Shown piece after piece: positions 1 through 10,597 of a DNA stretch of 64,000 nt (position 1 is the first letter of the stretch; the number at the start of each line of letters is the position of its first letter). The position numbers were made by a program, and so were the translations under genes. Below the pieces are notes generated by a model. The model did not search any database and was not told where the DNA came from. It was given only the letters and a program-made list of their open reading frames with translations. The stretch comes from Flavobacteriales bacterium (GTDB lineage Bacteria; Bacteroidota; Bacteroidia; Flavobacteriales_D; CAJJDF01). The DNA is taken from the NCBI GenBank assembly GCA_965655625.1, contig CBFHHA010000002.1:33655-97654 (forward strand), written 5' to 3'.

Positions 1-1
1 A

Positions 2-874
2 CAAACTGAAATCACCAAAGCCCTCGGGTATTTTGATTTTTTTAAATTTCCTTTGACGATCGAAGAGATTCAAAATTTTTTGGAAATAAAAGTAGAGTTT
101 AATCGATTGAAAAAGGAACTAGCTGAGATGACAAGTAACGGAATCATATTTTGTTTTAAAAATTGTTTTCTTCTTCACAATCTGCCAGAAATGGTAGAAA
201 GGAAGTTACAAGGAATCGAGTATGCGCAAAAACGAATGAAAAGAGCTCATTTGATCGCTTCATTTATAATGGGGTTTCCCTTCGTGCGAATGGTGGCTAT
301 CTCTGGTTCGTTATCCAAGAATTATGCCGATAAAACTACGGATATAGACTTCTTCGTAATTACGACAGAAAACCAACTTTGGACAGCAAGAACGATACTT
401 CATCTACTGAAAAAACTGACGTTTCTTTTTCGGCTTCAACATAGTTTCTGTATGAATTATTTCCTTTCAGAAAATCATTTGAAAATAGAAGAGAAAAATT
501 ATTTTACAGCTGTAGAATTAGCTACTTTAATTCCGAAAAGAGGAGTGAATTATCATCAAGAATTAATTTCTCAAAATGATTGGATTCATTCTTTTTTACC
601 AAATTTCTGTTCCCAAAGCCAGTCTCAAGATATCCAACGTCCCAAACTAGTAAAAAGAGCCCTTGAATATGTTTTGAGCTCAAAAAAGCTGAATAATTTG
701 CTAATGAATGTTACTGATCGAAGATGGCGAAATAAATGGCAAAAAAAAGGGTATGATCACAAGGAGTATGAGTTAGCATTCAAAACCCAGCTCTATGTTT
801 CCAAGAATCATCCGGGAAATTATCAAAAGAAAATTTTGGATCACCGAAAAAATAATACAAACCAAACAAACTAA
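2..874 (+). CDS. Nucleotidyltransferase-fold protein, 5' end outside window
   Basis: The frame is open from base 2 (QTEITKALGYFDFFKFPL...), so the TTG at 53 in the ORF track is probably internal and the gene starts upstream of the window. ISGSLSKNYADKTTDIDFFVIT fits the G-S ... D-x-D signature of Pol-beta-superfamily minimal nucleotidyltransferases. Assignment is by motif only. Confidence 0.5.
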   Translation, partial: QTEITKALGYFDFFKFPLTIEEIQNFLEIKVEFNRLKKELAEMTSNGIIFCFKNCFLLHNLPEMVERKLQGIEYAQKRMKRAHLIASFIMGFPFVRMVAISGSLSKNYADKTTDIDFFVITTENQLWTARTILHLLKKLTFLFRLQHSFCMNYFLSENHLKIEEKNYFTAVELATLIPKRGVNYHQELISQNDWIHSFLPNFCSQSQSQDIQRPKLVKRALEYVLSSKKLNNLLMNVTDRRWRNKWQKKGYDHKEYELAFKTQLYVSKNHPGNYQKKILDHRKNNTNQTN

Positions 875-903
875 AACTACCAAGCACATTCACTATTAAA
901 CTT

Positions 904-2373
904 ATGATTGACGTATTATTTAGCCATAGTTATTATTATCAAATGGACTCCAAGCAATGGGATACAGGTATGCCTTATCCACCTTTGGGAACAATTTATG
1001 CCGCTGGGTTTTTAAGAGAAAATAACCTAAAGGTTAATTTGTTTGATGTAGGGTTAAGGAATAATCCCAAAGAAATTATGCCTGTTCTGAAAGAGTCGAA
1101 ACCTACTTTTTTGGTTCTTTACGATGATGGGTTTAATTACCTGACAAAAATGTGCTTAACTAATATGAGGGAAGCAGCATTTGAAATGATTCAAATGGCC
1201 AAATCCGAAGGCTGTAAAGTTATTGTTTCCAGTTCCGACTCCACCGACCATTTTGCTCAATATTTAGATAAAGGAGCCGATGTAGTGTTGCTCGGGGAAG
1301 GTGAAATTTCTTTGCTAGAAACAATTAATAAGATGATAGCCAATGGCTCATTGGAGGAAGTAAAAGGAATTGCTTTTGCACTAAAAGGAGAAATAAAGAA
1401 TAATGGAAGAAGGTCAGTAATTAGGGAATTGGATACTTTGCCACAACCGGCTTGGGATTTAATTGATGTTGAAGCATATAAGCAGGCTTGGACAAGTAGA
1501 CTTCCTTTCGCCTTAAATATCGCCACAACTAGAGGGTGTCCATACAAATGTAACTGGTGTGCAAAGCCAATTTATGGAAATCGGTATAATTCTAGATCTC
1601 CGGAGAGAGTTGTTCAAGAAATAAAGTACTTAGTAGAGACTTATGGAGTCAGCAACTTTTGGATGTGTGATGATATTTTTGGATTGAAACCAAATTGGGT
1701 GCAAGAATTTGACCTTTTACTTAAAAAGGAATCAATCAAAATAGGGTTTAAAATTCAAAGTCGTGCAGATTTATTACTCAAAGAAAATTCTATTGACGCT
1801 CTGGTGAGCTCTGGGTTAAAAGAGGTTTGGTTAGGAGCGGAAAGTGGCTCTCAATCCATTTTGGATGCAATGGATAAAGGCACAACGATTGAACAAATTG
1901 AAGAGTCAACCCGTCTCCTTCAGAGAAAAGGAGTAAGAGTGGCTTTCTTTATTCAATACGGTTATCTAGGTGAAACAAAAACAGATATAAACAAGACAAT
2001 CGATTTAATAAAACGAGCCAAACCTGATGATATAGGAATTTCAGTTTCTTATCCGTTGCCAGGCACAAAGTTTTATGAAACGGTAAAAACCCAACTAACC
2101 GGTAAAAAAAATTGGACTGATTCAAATGATTTGGCTATGATGTTTTCAGGGACTTTCAATCAAGAGTTTTACAAAAAGCTTCACAGCTATACTCACAAGA
2201 TTTTTCAAAGGACAAAAGGAATTCAAGCAGTGAAAAAGGTCTTTAAAAATCCATTGAAGGCGGATAGAGTTCAGTTAAAATTAATAGCCAAATTGCCTTA
2301 CTATTTGATTTTGGGAATGAAAGAAGAAAAGGAATTGGCTAAAATGGAGAACAGCAATGAAAACAAATTCTGA
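904..2373 (+). CDS. B12-binding-domain radical SAM protein (class B rSAM)
   Basis: An N-terminal Rossmann-like B12-binding-type region is followed by the cluster motif CPYKCNWC (CxxxCxxC, about nt 1536-1563) and a radical-SAM core (GAESGSQ..., YGYLGET). The ATG lies 29 nt after the upstream stop. Confidence 0.8.
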   Translation: MIDVLFSHSYYYQMDSKQWDTGMPYPPLGTIYAAGFLRENNLKVNLFDVGLRNNPKEIMPVLKESKPTFLVLYDDGFNYLTKMCLTNMREAAFEMIQMAKSEGCKVIVSSSDSTDHFAQYLDKGADVVLLGEGEISLLETINKMIANGSLEEVKGIAFALKGEIKNNGRRSVIRELDTLPQPAWDLIDVEAYKQAWTSRLPFALNIATTRGCPYKCNWCAKPIYGNRYNSRSPERVVQEIKYLVETYGVSNFWMCDDIFGLKPNWVQEFDLLLKKESIKIGFKIQSRADLLLKENSIDALVSSGLKEVWLGAESGSQSILDAMDKGTTIEQIEESTRLLQRKGVRVAFFIQYGYLGETKTDINKTIDLIKRAKPDDIGISVSYPLPGTKFYETVKTQLTGKKNWTDSNDLAMMFSGTFNQEFYKKLHSYTHKIFQRTKGIQAVKKVFKNPLKADRVQLKLIAKLPYYLILGMKEEKELAKMENSNENKF

Positions 2374-3145
2374 CAGCGTGGATAAAGGATTTTCCTCTAT
2401 TTATCAAGAGTATGAAGACTTAAACTTGGGGAATAATAAAACGGTGTGGCAACGTAAGTTGGTTTATCGTCATTTTCTTTCTTTTGCAAAGAAAGGGGGA
2501 AATATTTTGGAGATAAATGCAGGGTCAGGGATTGACGCTACGTATTTTGTCGAAAGTGGTTTTACTGTATTAGCAACTGATATATCAAAGGGTTCTGAGG
2601 TGTTTTTTCAAAAGAAACTCCTCTCATATGAATCTCAGGATAGGCTTACTTTCAAGAGACTTTCGTATGACTCTCTGCTTACACTAAAACCCCAAAAATA
2701 TAATCATATTTTTTCTAATTTTGGTGGACTTAATTGTATAGAAAATCCGGAGGAAGTGCTTAATTCTATTGTAGATCTGCTTCACGAAAACGGGAGGGTT
2801 TCAGTCGTTGTAATGCCACGATTATATCCCGGAGAATGGATACTCGGATTGAGAAACAGAAAAAAAGCTTTTCGAAGAATTACTAAAGGACCAATCATGG
2901 CAAATGTAGAAGGTGAAAAAATAGCAGTTTGGTATCATTCTTTGAAAAAATTGAAGGAAGATGTATCGCCTAAATATCAGTTTCTGCGAGCAGAAAGTTT
3001 GGGGGTTTTTCTCCCCCAAAATGACGATTTTGGATCTCGAAGACCTAAAATATTCAGTTTTATTTTGAAATTAAATTCTCTGCTCAAAAGATTTCTTCCT
3101 GCCGGAATAGGGGATTATTACATAGCCACTTTTCAAAAAAAATAA
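2357..3145 (+). CDS. Class I SAM-dependent methyltransferase
   Basis: SAM-binding motif I is ILEINAGSGID, and the size is typical. The ATG overlaps the rSAM gene end by 17 nt, suggesting translational coupling. Confidence 0.7.
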   Translation: MKTNSDSVDKGFSSIYQEYEDLNLGNNKTVWQRKLVYRHFLSFAKKGGNILEINAGSGIDATYFVESGFTVLATDISKGSEVFFQKKLLSYESQDRLTFKRLSYDSLLTLKPQKYNHIFSNFGGLNCIENPEEVLNSIVDLLHENGRVSVVVMPRLYPGEWILGLRNRKKAFRRITKGPIMANVEGEKIAVWYHSLKKLKEDVSPKYQFLRAESLGVFLPQNDDFGSRRPKIFSFILKLNSLLKRFLPAGIGDYYIATFQKK

Positions 3146-3148
3146 TAA

Positions 3149-3874
3149 ATGAAGTCGATTAAAGTTTTTACACCTGTTCAATCCAAATTTACGGATAGGT
3201 ATTTGGCTGTCAGAGAGAAGGAAGGATTTTTAATTTCGGATGAGGTTGTTCGATCACTTCCAAATCCTCCAAAGGGAATACCTCAATATGAGCAGTGGAA
3301 ACTAAGAGGGATTAATAGCAAACGGTTTTGCAGGTATGTAGAGGATAACAATTCGTTCCATCATATTTTAGAGTTGGGATGTGGCAATGGCTGGTTTGCA
3401 CATGAAATAGCGAAGGTTTCTTCGGCAAAAGTTTTGGGGTTAGACATTAATTTACCTGAGTTAGAACAAGCAAATAGAGTGTTTTCTCTCGAAAATTTAG
3501 AATTTGGAATTGGAGATATTTTTAACGCAACATTTGCCCAAAAGTTTGACCTTATTGTCTTGAATGCTGCTGTTCAATACTTCCCAAAATTTGATCAACT
3601 CATTGAGAGGTTGGAGAGTTTGATGAGTAATACAGGAGAAATCCATTTGCTGGACACACATTTCTATGCCAACAGCCAAGAGTCCAATAAAGCGAAATCA
3701 AGAACCGAAAAGTATTATGAAGATCTAAGCGAAGCTGAGATGAGTCCTCATTATTTTCATCACACAATGAATGATTTAAGAGATTTTGAGCTTATTAAAG
3801 GACCACCAAGAGTACTTCCAAACTTTTGGAAAAAGAAATCTCCTTTTGATTGGTATCGATTAAGACTTACTTGA
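3149..3874 (+). CDS. Class I SAM-dependent methyltransferase
   Basis: Motif I is ILELGCGNGWF, with a post-I acidic residue and DLIVLNAAVQYF. The gene starts 3 nt after the upstream stop. Confidence 0.7.
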   Translation: MKSIKVFTPVQSKFTDRYLAVREKEGFLISDEVVRSLPNPPKGIPQYEQWKLRGINSKRFCRYVEDNNSFHHILELGCGNGWFAHEIAKVSSAKVLGLDINLPELEQANRVFSLENLEFGIGDIFNATFAQKFDLIVLNAAVQYFPKFDQLIERLESLMSNTGEIHLLDTHFYANSQESNKAKSRTEKYYEDLSEAEMSPHYFHHTMNDLRDFELIKGPPRVLPNFWKKKSPFDWYRLRLT

Positions 3875-4781
3875 GAATAAATGCGGTAATTTCCATGCCC
3901 CAAGCCACACCCAAATGCACAATCAACCCGCCATAAATATTTTTTGATTCATAGGCCAAAACTCCTAATCCAAAACCACCAAAAACAGATCCTATAGTTT
4001 CCCACATGGGTTTGCCAAAGTGCAGAAATGCATAGCAAGCTACCATTGGCAGAATCGCATTTTTGCCTACATACTTTGAGAGCGCCACAACCATAAATCC
4101 TCGAAAAAATAGTTCGACTGAGAAAAAGTCAAACCCATAACAAAGTTCGTAAATAAGCACTGAAAATGATTGAGAATACCCCGCAGCTTGGGCAGCACGT
4201 GAGTTGTAGCTTGGGTAATAGGATAAAAAATCTGGATCAAAATAGGCTGAAAAGAAAACTAATGGAGCCATAAGTAAAATTAGTCCCAAGTAGGACTTTA
4301 AATTTGCTCCTTTTGGGTGTAACCCGTAAAATCCAGGTCTTAATTTTTTAACCAACAAATAAATCGTGAAAAGTGGAAGGATAATGGAAAATAAGCTCGC
4401 AATATTGGCAAGACATGAATAAACAAATCTGTTGATCTCAACAAATTCACTTAATAGTCTAATGAATTTGAGAATATAATAAGAGGCATCTATGGCGACA
4501 AAAAGTAGTCCGAAAGAACCCAATAATAGATAGCTGAGATTCGTTTTTTTGGCTTTGAAATTAAGTATTAAAAAGGGAATGAAAAACGCAAATCCGTACA
4601 TTCCCCATAACTTGATTACTCCAAATAAGTCGTAATTAGTAACCCTAAAATATGATGCATACAGGTTAAATCGATAGTTTAAGTAAATACAAATTGTAAT
4701 AAATAAACCAATAAGTACATGACTCAACAAACGAAAATCTTGAGTAAAATAGCGTTTGAAATAGCCTACAAATTGTTTCAT
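3867..4781 (-). CDS. CPBP-family (CAAX/Abi-like) intramembrane protease homologue
   Basis: Polytopic membrane protein with VELFFRGF (an ExxxR-type motif), FLHFG and HLGVAW histidine motifs near the C-terminus, as in the PF02517 family. Its 3' end overlaps the convergent methyltransferase by 8 nt. Confidence 0.6.
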   Translation of the reverse strand: MKQFVGYFKRYFTQDFRLLSHVLIGLFITICIYLNYRFNLYASYFRVTNYDLFGVIKLWGMYGFAFFIPFLILNFKAKKTNLSYLLLGSFGLLFVAIDASYYILKFIRLLSEFVEINRFVYSCLANIASLFSIILPLFTIYLLVKKLRPGFYGLHPKGANLKSYLGLILLMAPLVFFSAYFDPDFLSYYPSYNSRAAQAAGYSQSFSVLIYELCYGFDFFSVELFFRGFMVVALSKYVGKNAILPMVACYAFLHFGKPMWETIGSVFGGFGLGVLAYESKNIYGGLIVHLGVAWGMEITAFILK

Positions 4782-4891
4782 TATACTGTATGAAAAGTTA
4801 TGTCATTGTGGGGGGTTGACATCTTTTTTAAAAAAAAGAACAAGACTCAATAAAATTCCAAAATGGTAAAACTATCTTGTGAATAAAAGAG

Positions 4892-6142
4892 TTAGTCGTG
4901 TTTTTTGATGATAAGCGTAGCATTATGTCCTCCAAATCCAAATGTATTGGATAGAGCGTAATTCACTGTTTTTTCTTGGGCAGTATTAAATGTGAAGTTT
5001 AACTTTTCATCAAGTTCAGGATCTACTTCGGTGTGATTAATTGTAGGAGGTACAATATTTTCGGTTACGGCCATAATGCAAGCAAGTGCTTCAATCACTC
5101 CAGCTGCTCCAAGCAAATGACCAGTCATTGATTTGGTAGAACTAATATTTAAGTGGTAGGCATGTTCACCAAAAACCTGCTGAATTGCTTTGGCTTCAGC
5201 TATATCACCTAATGGTGTTGAAGTACCATGCACATTAATATAATCGATTGCAGTTGGTTCAATTCCAGCGTCTCTCAATGCTTCTTTCATGGCATTTCTC
5301 GCTCCCAAACCATCTGGATGTGGTGCGGTAATATGGTGAGCATCACCAGAAGCTCCACCGCCTACAACTTCCGCATATATTTTAGCACCTCGAGCTATTG
5401 CATGATCGTATTCTTCGAGCATTAGTGCACCGGCTCCTTCTCCCAGAACAAATCCATTTCGGTTTTTGTCGAAAGGGCGTGATGCTTTTTCAGGAGCATG
5501 ATTATCTTGCGACAAAGCATGTAAAGCATTAAATCCTCCAATTCCAGTTTCTGTAACGGCTGCTTCTGAACCTCCGGCAAGAATGGCATTTGCTTTTCCT
5601 AGCCTGATGTAGTTAAAGGCATCAATCAGCGCATTTGTTGAGGAAGCACAAGCAGAGACTGTAGCAAAGTTTGGCCCTCTAAAACCGTATTTTATTGAAA
5701 TATGACCTGCTGCTATATCAGCAATCATTTTTGGGATAAAGAATGGATTGAATTTGGGGGTTCCATCTCCTGCAAAGAAATTCTCGCATTCGTCCTGAAG
5801 TGTTTTAAGACCTCCAATTCCGGCTCCCCAGATAACTCCTATTCTGTCTGTATCGATTGTTTCAAGATTCATTCCAGAATCTTTCACAGCTTCTTCAGCT
5901 GTCACAAGTGCATACTGTGAAAATATATCAAGTCTCCGAGCCTCTTTTCGATCAATGTGGTCTTCAGCTTTGAAATTTTTAATTTCACAAGCAAATTGTG
6001 TTTTAAATTTGTCAGCGCTAAATTTTGTGATAGGTGCAGCACCAGACACCCCTTTTTTAAGGGAATCAAAATAATCAGCAGCACTATTCCCTATGGGCGT
6101 TAGTGCTCCGATTCCAGTTATGACAACTCTTTTTAATTCCAT
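4892..6142 (-). CDS. fabF: Beta-ketoacyl-ACP synthase II
   Basis: Active-site Cys context SACASSTNA, HGTSTPLGD and GHLLGAAG motifs, and 416 aa. It lies directly downstream of acpP. Confidence 0.95.
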   Translation of the reverse strand: MELKRVVITGIGALTPIGNSAADYFDSLKKGVSGAAPITKFSADKFKTQFACEIKNFKAEDHIDRKEARRLDIFSQYALVTAEEAVKDSGMNLETIDTDRIGVIWGAGIGGLKTLQDECENFFAGDGTPKFNPFFIPKMIADIAAGHISIKYGFRGPNFATVSACASSTNALIDAFNYIRLGKANAILAGGSEAAVTETGIGGFNALHALSQDNHAPEKASRPFDKNRNGFVLGEGAGALMLEEYDHAIARGAKIYAEVVGGGASGDAHHITAPHPDGLGARNAMKEALRDAGIEPTAIDYINVHGTSTPLGDIAEAKAIQQVFGEHAYHLNISSTKSMTGHLLGAAGVIEALACIMAVTENIVPPTINHTEVDPELDEKLNFTFNTAQEKTVNYALSNTFGFGGHNATLIIKKHD

Positions 6143-6156
6143 AGAGCGGCTAATGT

Positions 6157-6390
6157 TTATTTAGCGTCATTTATAAATGATACTGCATCTCCTACTGTTG
6201 CAATTTTTTCAGCCTGATCGTCTGGGATTGCAATGTTGAATTCCTTTTCGAACTCCATAATTAATTCAACAGTATCCAAAGAATCTGCTCCTAGATCGTT
6301 GGTGAAGTTAGACTCTAGAGTTACTTCTGATGCGTCAACTCCTAATTTATCAACGATTATCTCTACTACTTTTGACTGTATTTCTGCCAT
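6157..6390 (-). CDS. acpP: Acyl carrier protein
   Basis: 77 aa with the [14 protein letters not shown] phosphopantetheine-attachment motif. Confidence 0.95.
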   Translation of the reverse strand: MAEIQSKVVEIIVDKLGVDASEVTLESNFTNDLGADSLDTVELIMEFEKEFNIAIPDDQAEKIATVGDAVSFINDAK

Positions 6391-6447
6391 TTTTTTATTT
6401 TTTTAATGTTTAGATTGTGCAAATAAAATTAATTTTCAGTTATAAAA

Positions 6448-6455
6448 CAAAAATA
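6448..6455 (-). promoter_or_regulatory. Candidate -7 box (TAtttTTG) upstream of acpP
   Basis: The minus-strand sequence tatttttg matches TAnnTTTG, about 58 nt upstream of the acpP ATG. Confidence 0.3.
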
Positions 6456-6495
6456 TATCCTTCACTTTGTACACAATCCAACGATTGTAACTAGT

Positions 6496-7236
6496 TTAAA
6501 TACTCGATTTTAAGAACTCTCTGTTCATTCTGGCGATATTGTCTAACGATATTCCTTTTGGACATTCAACTTCGCAAGCGCCTGTATTAGTGCAATTACC
6601 GAATCCTTCATTATCCATCTGGTTCACCATATTAAGCACTCTGTCTTTAGCTTCTACCCTTCCCTGCGGAAGTAAAGCATACTGAGAAACTTTTGCAGAA
6701 ACAAACAACATGGCTGATGAGTTTTTACAAGAAGCTACACAAGCACCACAACCAATACAAGTCGCTGCATCCATAGCCAAATCAGCATCAGCTTTTGGGA
6801 TCGGCAATGCATTTGCATCTTGCGTGTTTCCTGATGTGTTTACCGAAATATATCCTCCAGCTTGCTGGATTCTATCGAAAGCACTTCTGTCAACCATCAA
6901 ATCTTTTACTACAGGAAAAGAATTCGCTCTGAACGGCTCAATGTGAATTGTTTCTCCATCCTTGAACATTCTCATGTGCAATTGGCAAGTAGTAACTCTT
7001 CTATCTGGTCCGTGAGCTTCACCATTGATGTACATCGAACACATACCGCAAATTCCTTCTCTACAATCATGATCGAAGGCAACAGGCTCTTCTCCCTTTT
7101 CGATAAGTTCATCATTTAATATGTCCATCATTTCTAAAAAAGACATATGTCCTTCTATATTAGAAATTGGGTAAGTAACCATTTTTCCTGGTGATTTAGC
7201 GTCTTTTTGACGCCATATTTTTAGTGTTAAATTCAT
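6496..7236 (-). CDS. sdhB: Succinate dehydrogenase/fumarate reductase iron-sulfur subunit
   Basis: Cys clusters [16 protein letters not shown] and [12 protein letters not shown], and the last position in the sdhC-A-B order. Confidence 0.9.
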   Translation of the reverse strand: MNLTLKIWRQKDAKSPGKMVTYPISNIEGHMSFLEMMDILNDELIEKGEEPVAFDHDCREGICGMCSMYINGEAHGPDRRVTTCQLHMRMFKDGETIHIEPFRANSFPVVKDLMVDRSAFDRIQQAGGYISVNTSGNTQDANALPIPKADADLAMDAATCIGCGACVASCKNSSAMLFVSAKVSQYALLPQGRVEAKDRVLNMVNQMDNEGFGNCTNTGACEVECPKGISLDNIARMNREFLKSSI

Positions 7237-7242
7237 AGCGAT

Positions 7243-9258
7243 TTATTTGTAAGATCTTTGCTTTAACTCAATATTCTCGTATTTCAATTCTTCTTTGTGT
7301 AGCTTAGCTTCCGAAGGCAATCCTTGGAATTCCCAAGCCGAAACGAATGTGTAATTTTCATCATCACGTTTTGCTTCCCCTTTTTGTTCTCCGTCTAGCT
7401 CAACAGATTCTTCTCTAAAGTGACCTCCGCAAGATTCCTCTCTTGTCAAAGCATCTTGGGCAAATAGCTCTCCTAATTCAAGGAAATCAGCAACTCTCAA
7501 TGCTTTTTCTAATTCTCTGTTCACCTCGTTGGTGTTTCCAGGAACTCTTACGTTTTTCCAGAAATCAGCTCTCAATTCTTGAATCTCTTGAATTGCTTCT
7601 TTTAGTCCAGGCTCATTTCTTGACATCCCTACTTTATTCCACATGATAAGTCCAAGCTTTTTGTGGAAGTAATCTACGGGTTTTGTTCCGCCAGTTCCTA
7701 CTAACTTATCTAATGTTTCTTTTACTGAGTTTTCTGCTTCAGCAAATTCGGGTGTGTCAGTTGAAATTTTTCCTGTTCTAATGTCATTAGATAAATAATC
7801 TCCTATTGTGTAAGGTAACACGAAATATCCATCTGCAAGTCCTTGCATCAATGCCGATGCACCGAGTCTGTTTGCCCCGTGGTCCGAGAAATTCGCTTCT
7901 CCAATAGCGTAACAACCTTCAATTGTGGTCATTAAGTTGTAATCGACCCACAATCCTCCCATTGTGTAGTGAGTTGCAGGGTATATCATCATGGGAGTTT
8001 TATAAGGATTTTCGTCCACGATTTTTTCGTACATCTGGAATAAGTTCCCATACTTAGCTTCTACAATTGCTTTTCCTAAATCGTATATTCTTGCTGGAGA
8101 CGCATTTTCTTCATTGTGAATTTTTGCTTGTTCCTTTCCGTATCTTTCGATAGCTGCTTTAAAATCTAGGTAAACAGCTTCTCCCGTTTTATTTACTCCA
8201 AATCCAGCATCACATCTTTCTTTGGCAGCTCTCGAAGCAACATCTCTTGGTACAAGGTTTCCAAATGCAGGATATCTTCTTTCCAAGTAATAATCTCTTT
8301 CGTCTTCGCTTAATTCTGTTGGTTTTTTCTTTCCTTCTCTAATCGCTTGTGCGTCCTCAAGTGTTTTTGGCACCCAAATTCTTCCGTCATTTCTCAATGA
8401 CTCGGACATCAATGTAAGTTTTGATTGATAATCTCCCGATCTTGGAATACAAGTTGGGTGAATCTGTGTAAAACAAGGATTCGCAAAGTATGCTCCTTTT
8501 TTGTGTGTTTTCCATGCAGCGGTAACGTTACTTCCCATCGCATTGGTGGATAAGAAATAGACATTTCCGTATCCTCCAGATGCAATTACAACAGCGTGTG
8601 CCGAATGTCTTTCTAATTCCCCAGTAACTAGGTTTCTAGCAATAATTCCTCTCGCTTTCCCATTTACTTTTACTACATCCAACATTTCATGTCGGTTGTA
8701 CATTTCGATTTTTCCTCTCGCAATTTGTCTATTCATTGCTGAGTATGCACCAAGTAATAATTGTTGACCAGTTTGTCCTTTTGCGTAGAAAGTTCTTGAG
8801 ACCAAAACGCCTCCAAAAGATCTGTTATCCAGCAATCCTCCGTAATCTCTTGCGAATGGTACTCCTTGAGCTACACATTGATCAATGATGTTTACGGATA
8901 CTTCCGCAAGCCTATAAACGTTGGCCTCTCTCGATCTGTAATCTCCTCCTTTTACCGTGTCATAAAACAATCGGTAAGTAGAATCACCGTCTCCTTGGTA
9001 GTTTTTGGCTGCGTTTATTCCTCCTTGTGCTGCAATTGAGTGCGCTCTTCTTGGAGAATCTTGGTAGCAAAATGCTTTTACATTATACCCTTGTTCGGCA
9101 AGAGTAGCTGCGGCAGAACCACCAGCTAATCCCGTTCCAATAACAATCACATCAATGTGTCGTTTATTGGCAGGGTTTACCAAGTTAATTTTGTCTTTAT
9201 AAGTTGTCCATTTATCTTTTAATGGACCTTCTGGTACTCTAGAATCAAGTGTGCTCAT
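7243..9258 (-). CDS. sdhA: Succinate dehydrogenase/fumarate reductase flavoprotein subunit
   Basis: FAD fold [12 protein letters not shown], covalent-FAD His context [15 protein letters not shown], 671 aa. Confidence 0.92.
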   Translation of the reverse strand: MSTLDSRVPEGPLKDKWTTYKDKINLVNPANKRHIDVIVIGTGLAGGSAAATLAEQGYNVKAFCYQDSPRRAHSIAAQGGINAAKNYQGDGDSTYRLFYDTVKGGDYRSREANVYRLAEVSVNIIDQCVAQGVPFARDYGGLLDNRSFGGVLVSRTFYAKGQTGQQLLLGAYSAMNRQIARGKIEMYNRHEMLDVVKVNGKARGIIARNLVTGELERHSAHAVVIASGGYGNVYFLSTNAMGSNVTAAWKTHKKGAYFANPCFTQIHPTCIPRSGDYQSKLTLMSESLRNDGRIWVPKTLEDAQAIREGKKKPTELSEDERDYYLERRYPAFGNLVPRDVASRAAKERCDAGFGVNKTGEAVYLDFKAAIERYGKEQAKIHNEENASPARIYDLGKAIVEAKYGNLFQMYEKIVDENPYKTPMMIYPATHYTMGGLWVDYNLMTTIEGCYAIGEANFSDHGANRLGASALMQGLADGYFVLPYTIGDYLSNDIRTGKISTDTPEFAEAENSVKETLDKLVGTGGTKPVDYFHKKLGLIMWNKVGMSRNEPGLKEAIQEIQELRADFWKNVRVPGNTNEVNRELEKALRVADFLELGELFAQDALTREESCGGHFREESVELDGEQKGEAKRDDENYTFVSAWEFQGLPSEAKLHKEELKYENIELKQRSYK

Positions 9259-9265
9259 ACTCTAA

Positions 9266-9922
9266 TTAATGTTGGATGTAATGAAAAATTGCGATAAATA
9301 CATACCCTGCTGGTACAGCAATAGCGAATATGTTACCAAACTTTTTGATGTTGTTTTTTCCTTTCGAAACTCCCACAGATTGAAAAGAAGATTGAAATCC
9401 GTGCAAAAGGTGTAACGCCAATAAAACAAAAGATACTACGTAAAGAATAACTCGAACTGGGTCAGCGAACTTTTCAACCAAATGGTGGTGAAAATCTTTG
9501 CCAATTTGACTGTCTCCTACAACGTACTTTTCTGTGATTTCAGGAATCCAAAAATCGTAGAAGTGTAACCCTAAAAATGCAAGGACCACAAGTCCTGAGT
9601 AAATCATGTTTCTCGAAACCCAAGAAGAATTTTCTCCCGGTTTGCTGTAAGCATATTTGATAGAACGTGCTCCTCTGTTTTTTGCTTCAAGAACAAATCC
9701 CATAATGAAATGGAAGAATACTGCAAAAATTAAAATAGGCTGTAAAGCGAATTGAACTACCGGGTTGTTTCCCATGAAGTATGATACTTCATTGAATGCA
9801 TCTACATTAATAACCGATAACAAGTTTATCGTTAAATGTTGCAGTAAGAAAAACATTAGAAAGAATCCGGAGAAAGCCATTAAAAATTTTCTACCTACGG
9901 TTGTAAATTTAGATTTAGACAT
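9266..9922 (-). CDS. sdhC: Succinate dehydrogenase/fumarate reductase cytochrome b subunit (Bacteroidota type)
   Basis: 218-aa, five-TM-like hydrophobic protein with conserved His residues, in first position of the sdhCAB operon. Confidence 0.8.
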   Translation of the reverse strand: MSKSKFTTVGRKFLMAFSGFFLMFFLLQHLTINLLSVINVDAFNEVSYFMGNNPVVQFALQPILIFAVFFHFIMGFVLEAKNRGARSIKYAYSKPGENSSWVSRNMIYSGLVVLAFLGLHFYDFWIPEITEKYVVGDSQIGKDFHHHLVEKFADPVRVILYVVSFVLLALHLLHGFQSSFQSVGVSKGKNNIKKFGNIFAIAVPAGYVFIAIFHYIQH

Positions 9923-9993
9923 GTTTGAGTTTAGTTTTTTTCTTTATGATCGTAAAAGTAATTCTTGCAATAATCTAAAGCAAGTATTGAATA

Positions 9994-10001
9994 CAAAAAT
10001 A
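9994..10001 (-). promoter_or_regulatory. Candidate Bacteroidota -7 box (TAtttTTG) upstream of sdhC
   Basis: The minus-strand sequence tatttttg matches the TAnnTTTG consensus, about 72 nt upstream of the sdhC start. Confidence 0.3.
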
Positions 10002-10045
10002 GCTTATTTATAAGTATTCTTGATAATTCATTTATCTTTATCTCC

Positions 10046-10567
10046 ATGAATTTTATGGATATTTTTATTGCCGCACTCTTGCTTTGGTTCGGCTACAAGG
10101 GTTTTAAGAAAGGATTGGTTTTTGAATTAGTAAGCATTGTGGCTCTTTCTTTAGGTATATATGGAGGGCTTAAGTTTTCCGATCGCACGGCAGAATACAT
10201 TATGGAACACGTAGATTCTCAATACTTGCCAATATTGGCATTTACACTTACGTTTTTAATTATTCTAGTATTAGTATTTGCAGCGGGTAAGGTTGTCGAG
10301 AGAATAGTGAATTTGGCTGCACTGAAATTAGTAAACAAATCTTTGGGTGCCGCTTTTGGTGTCTTAAAAACCTTGCTAATTTTGTCTGTCTTGATGGTGA
10401 TTATTGAATCGTATGACAAAAAGTTGGAGTTTATTCCAAAAGAGACAAAGAGCGGTTCTTTACTTTACTTTCCGTTGCTCGATTTTTCTAATAAAGTGTT
10501 ACCCGAAATCGAGAAAAACAACCTTTATAAAAATTTAACATCAAGTTCGGACCAAGAAAAAGAATAA
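10046..10567 (+). CDS. cvpA: CvpA-family membrane protein
   Basis: 173-aa protein with four TM-like segments and the N-terminus MNFMDIFIAALLLWFGYKGFKKGLV, typical of the CvpA/colicin V production family. Confidence 0.7.
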   Translation: MNFMDIFIAALLLWFGYKGFKKGLVFELVSIVALSLGIYGGLKFSDRTAEYIMEHVDSQYLPILAFTLTFLIILVLVFAAGKVVERIVNLAALKLVNKSLGAAFGVLKTLLILSVLMVIIESYDKKLEFIPKETKSGSLLYFPLLDFSNKVLPEIEKNNLYKNLTSSSDQEKE

Positions 10568-10597
10568 GTTAGGTTGTTTTTTGTAGATTTATGTTTC

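Noticed and set aside
2-4781. RiPP gene cluster interpretation (rSAM + methyltransferases + CPBP/Abi immunity)
   Set aside because: It is attractive on paper, but the tiny intergenic gaps hold no precursor-peptide ORF, the CPBP gene is co-oriented with acpP-fabF instead, and the left boundary is off-window. I kept it only as one possibility under the operon finding.
4800-4822. Hairpin ATGTCA-ttgtggggggt-TGACAT resembling the arms of the transposase-flanking hairpins
   Set aside because: Only a 6-7-nt core is shared, and the arm order is inside-out relative to GATTGACATT...AATGGCAATC. It is most simply a weak terminator or chance palindrome after fabF.
10574-10597. 5' extensions from non-ATG starts in the ORF track (10574, 21209, 22429, 25639, 27380, 30559, 44569)
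   Set aside because: In each case a downstream ATG gives a canonical N-terminus (a signal peptide or family-typical start), or a promoter box or terminator lies inside the extension. The shorter models are preferred.
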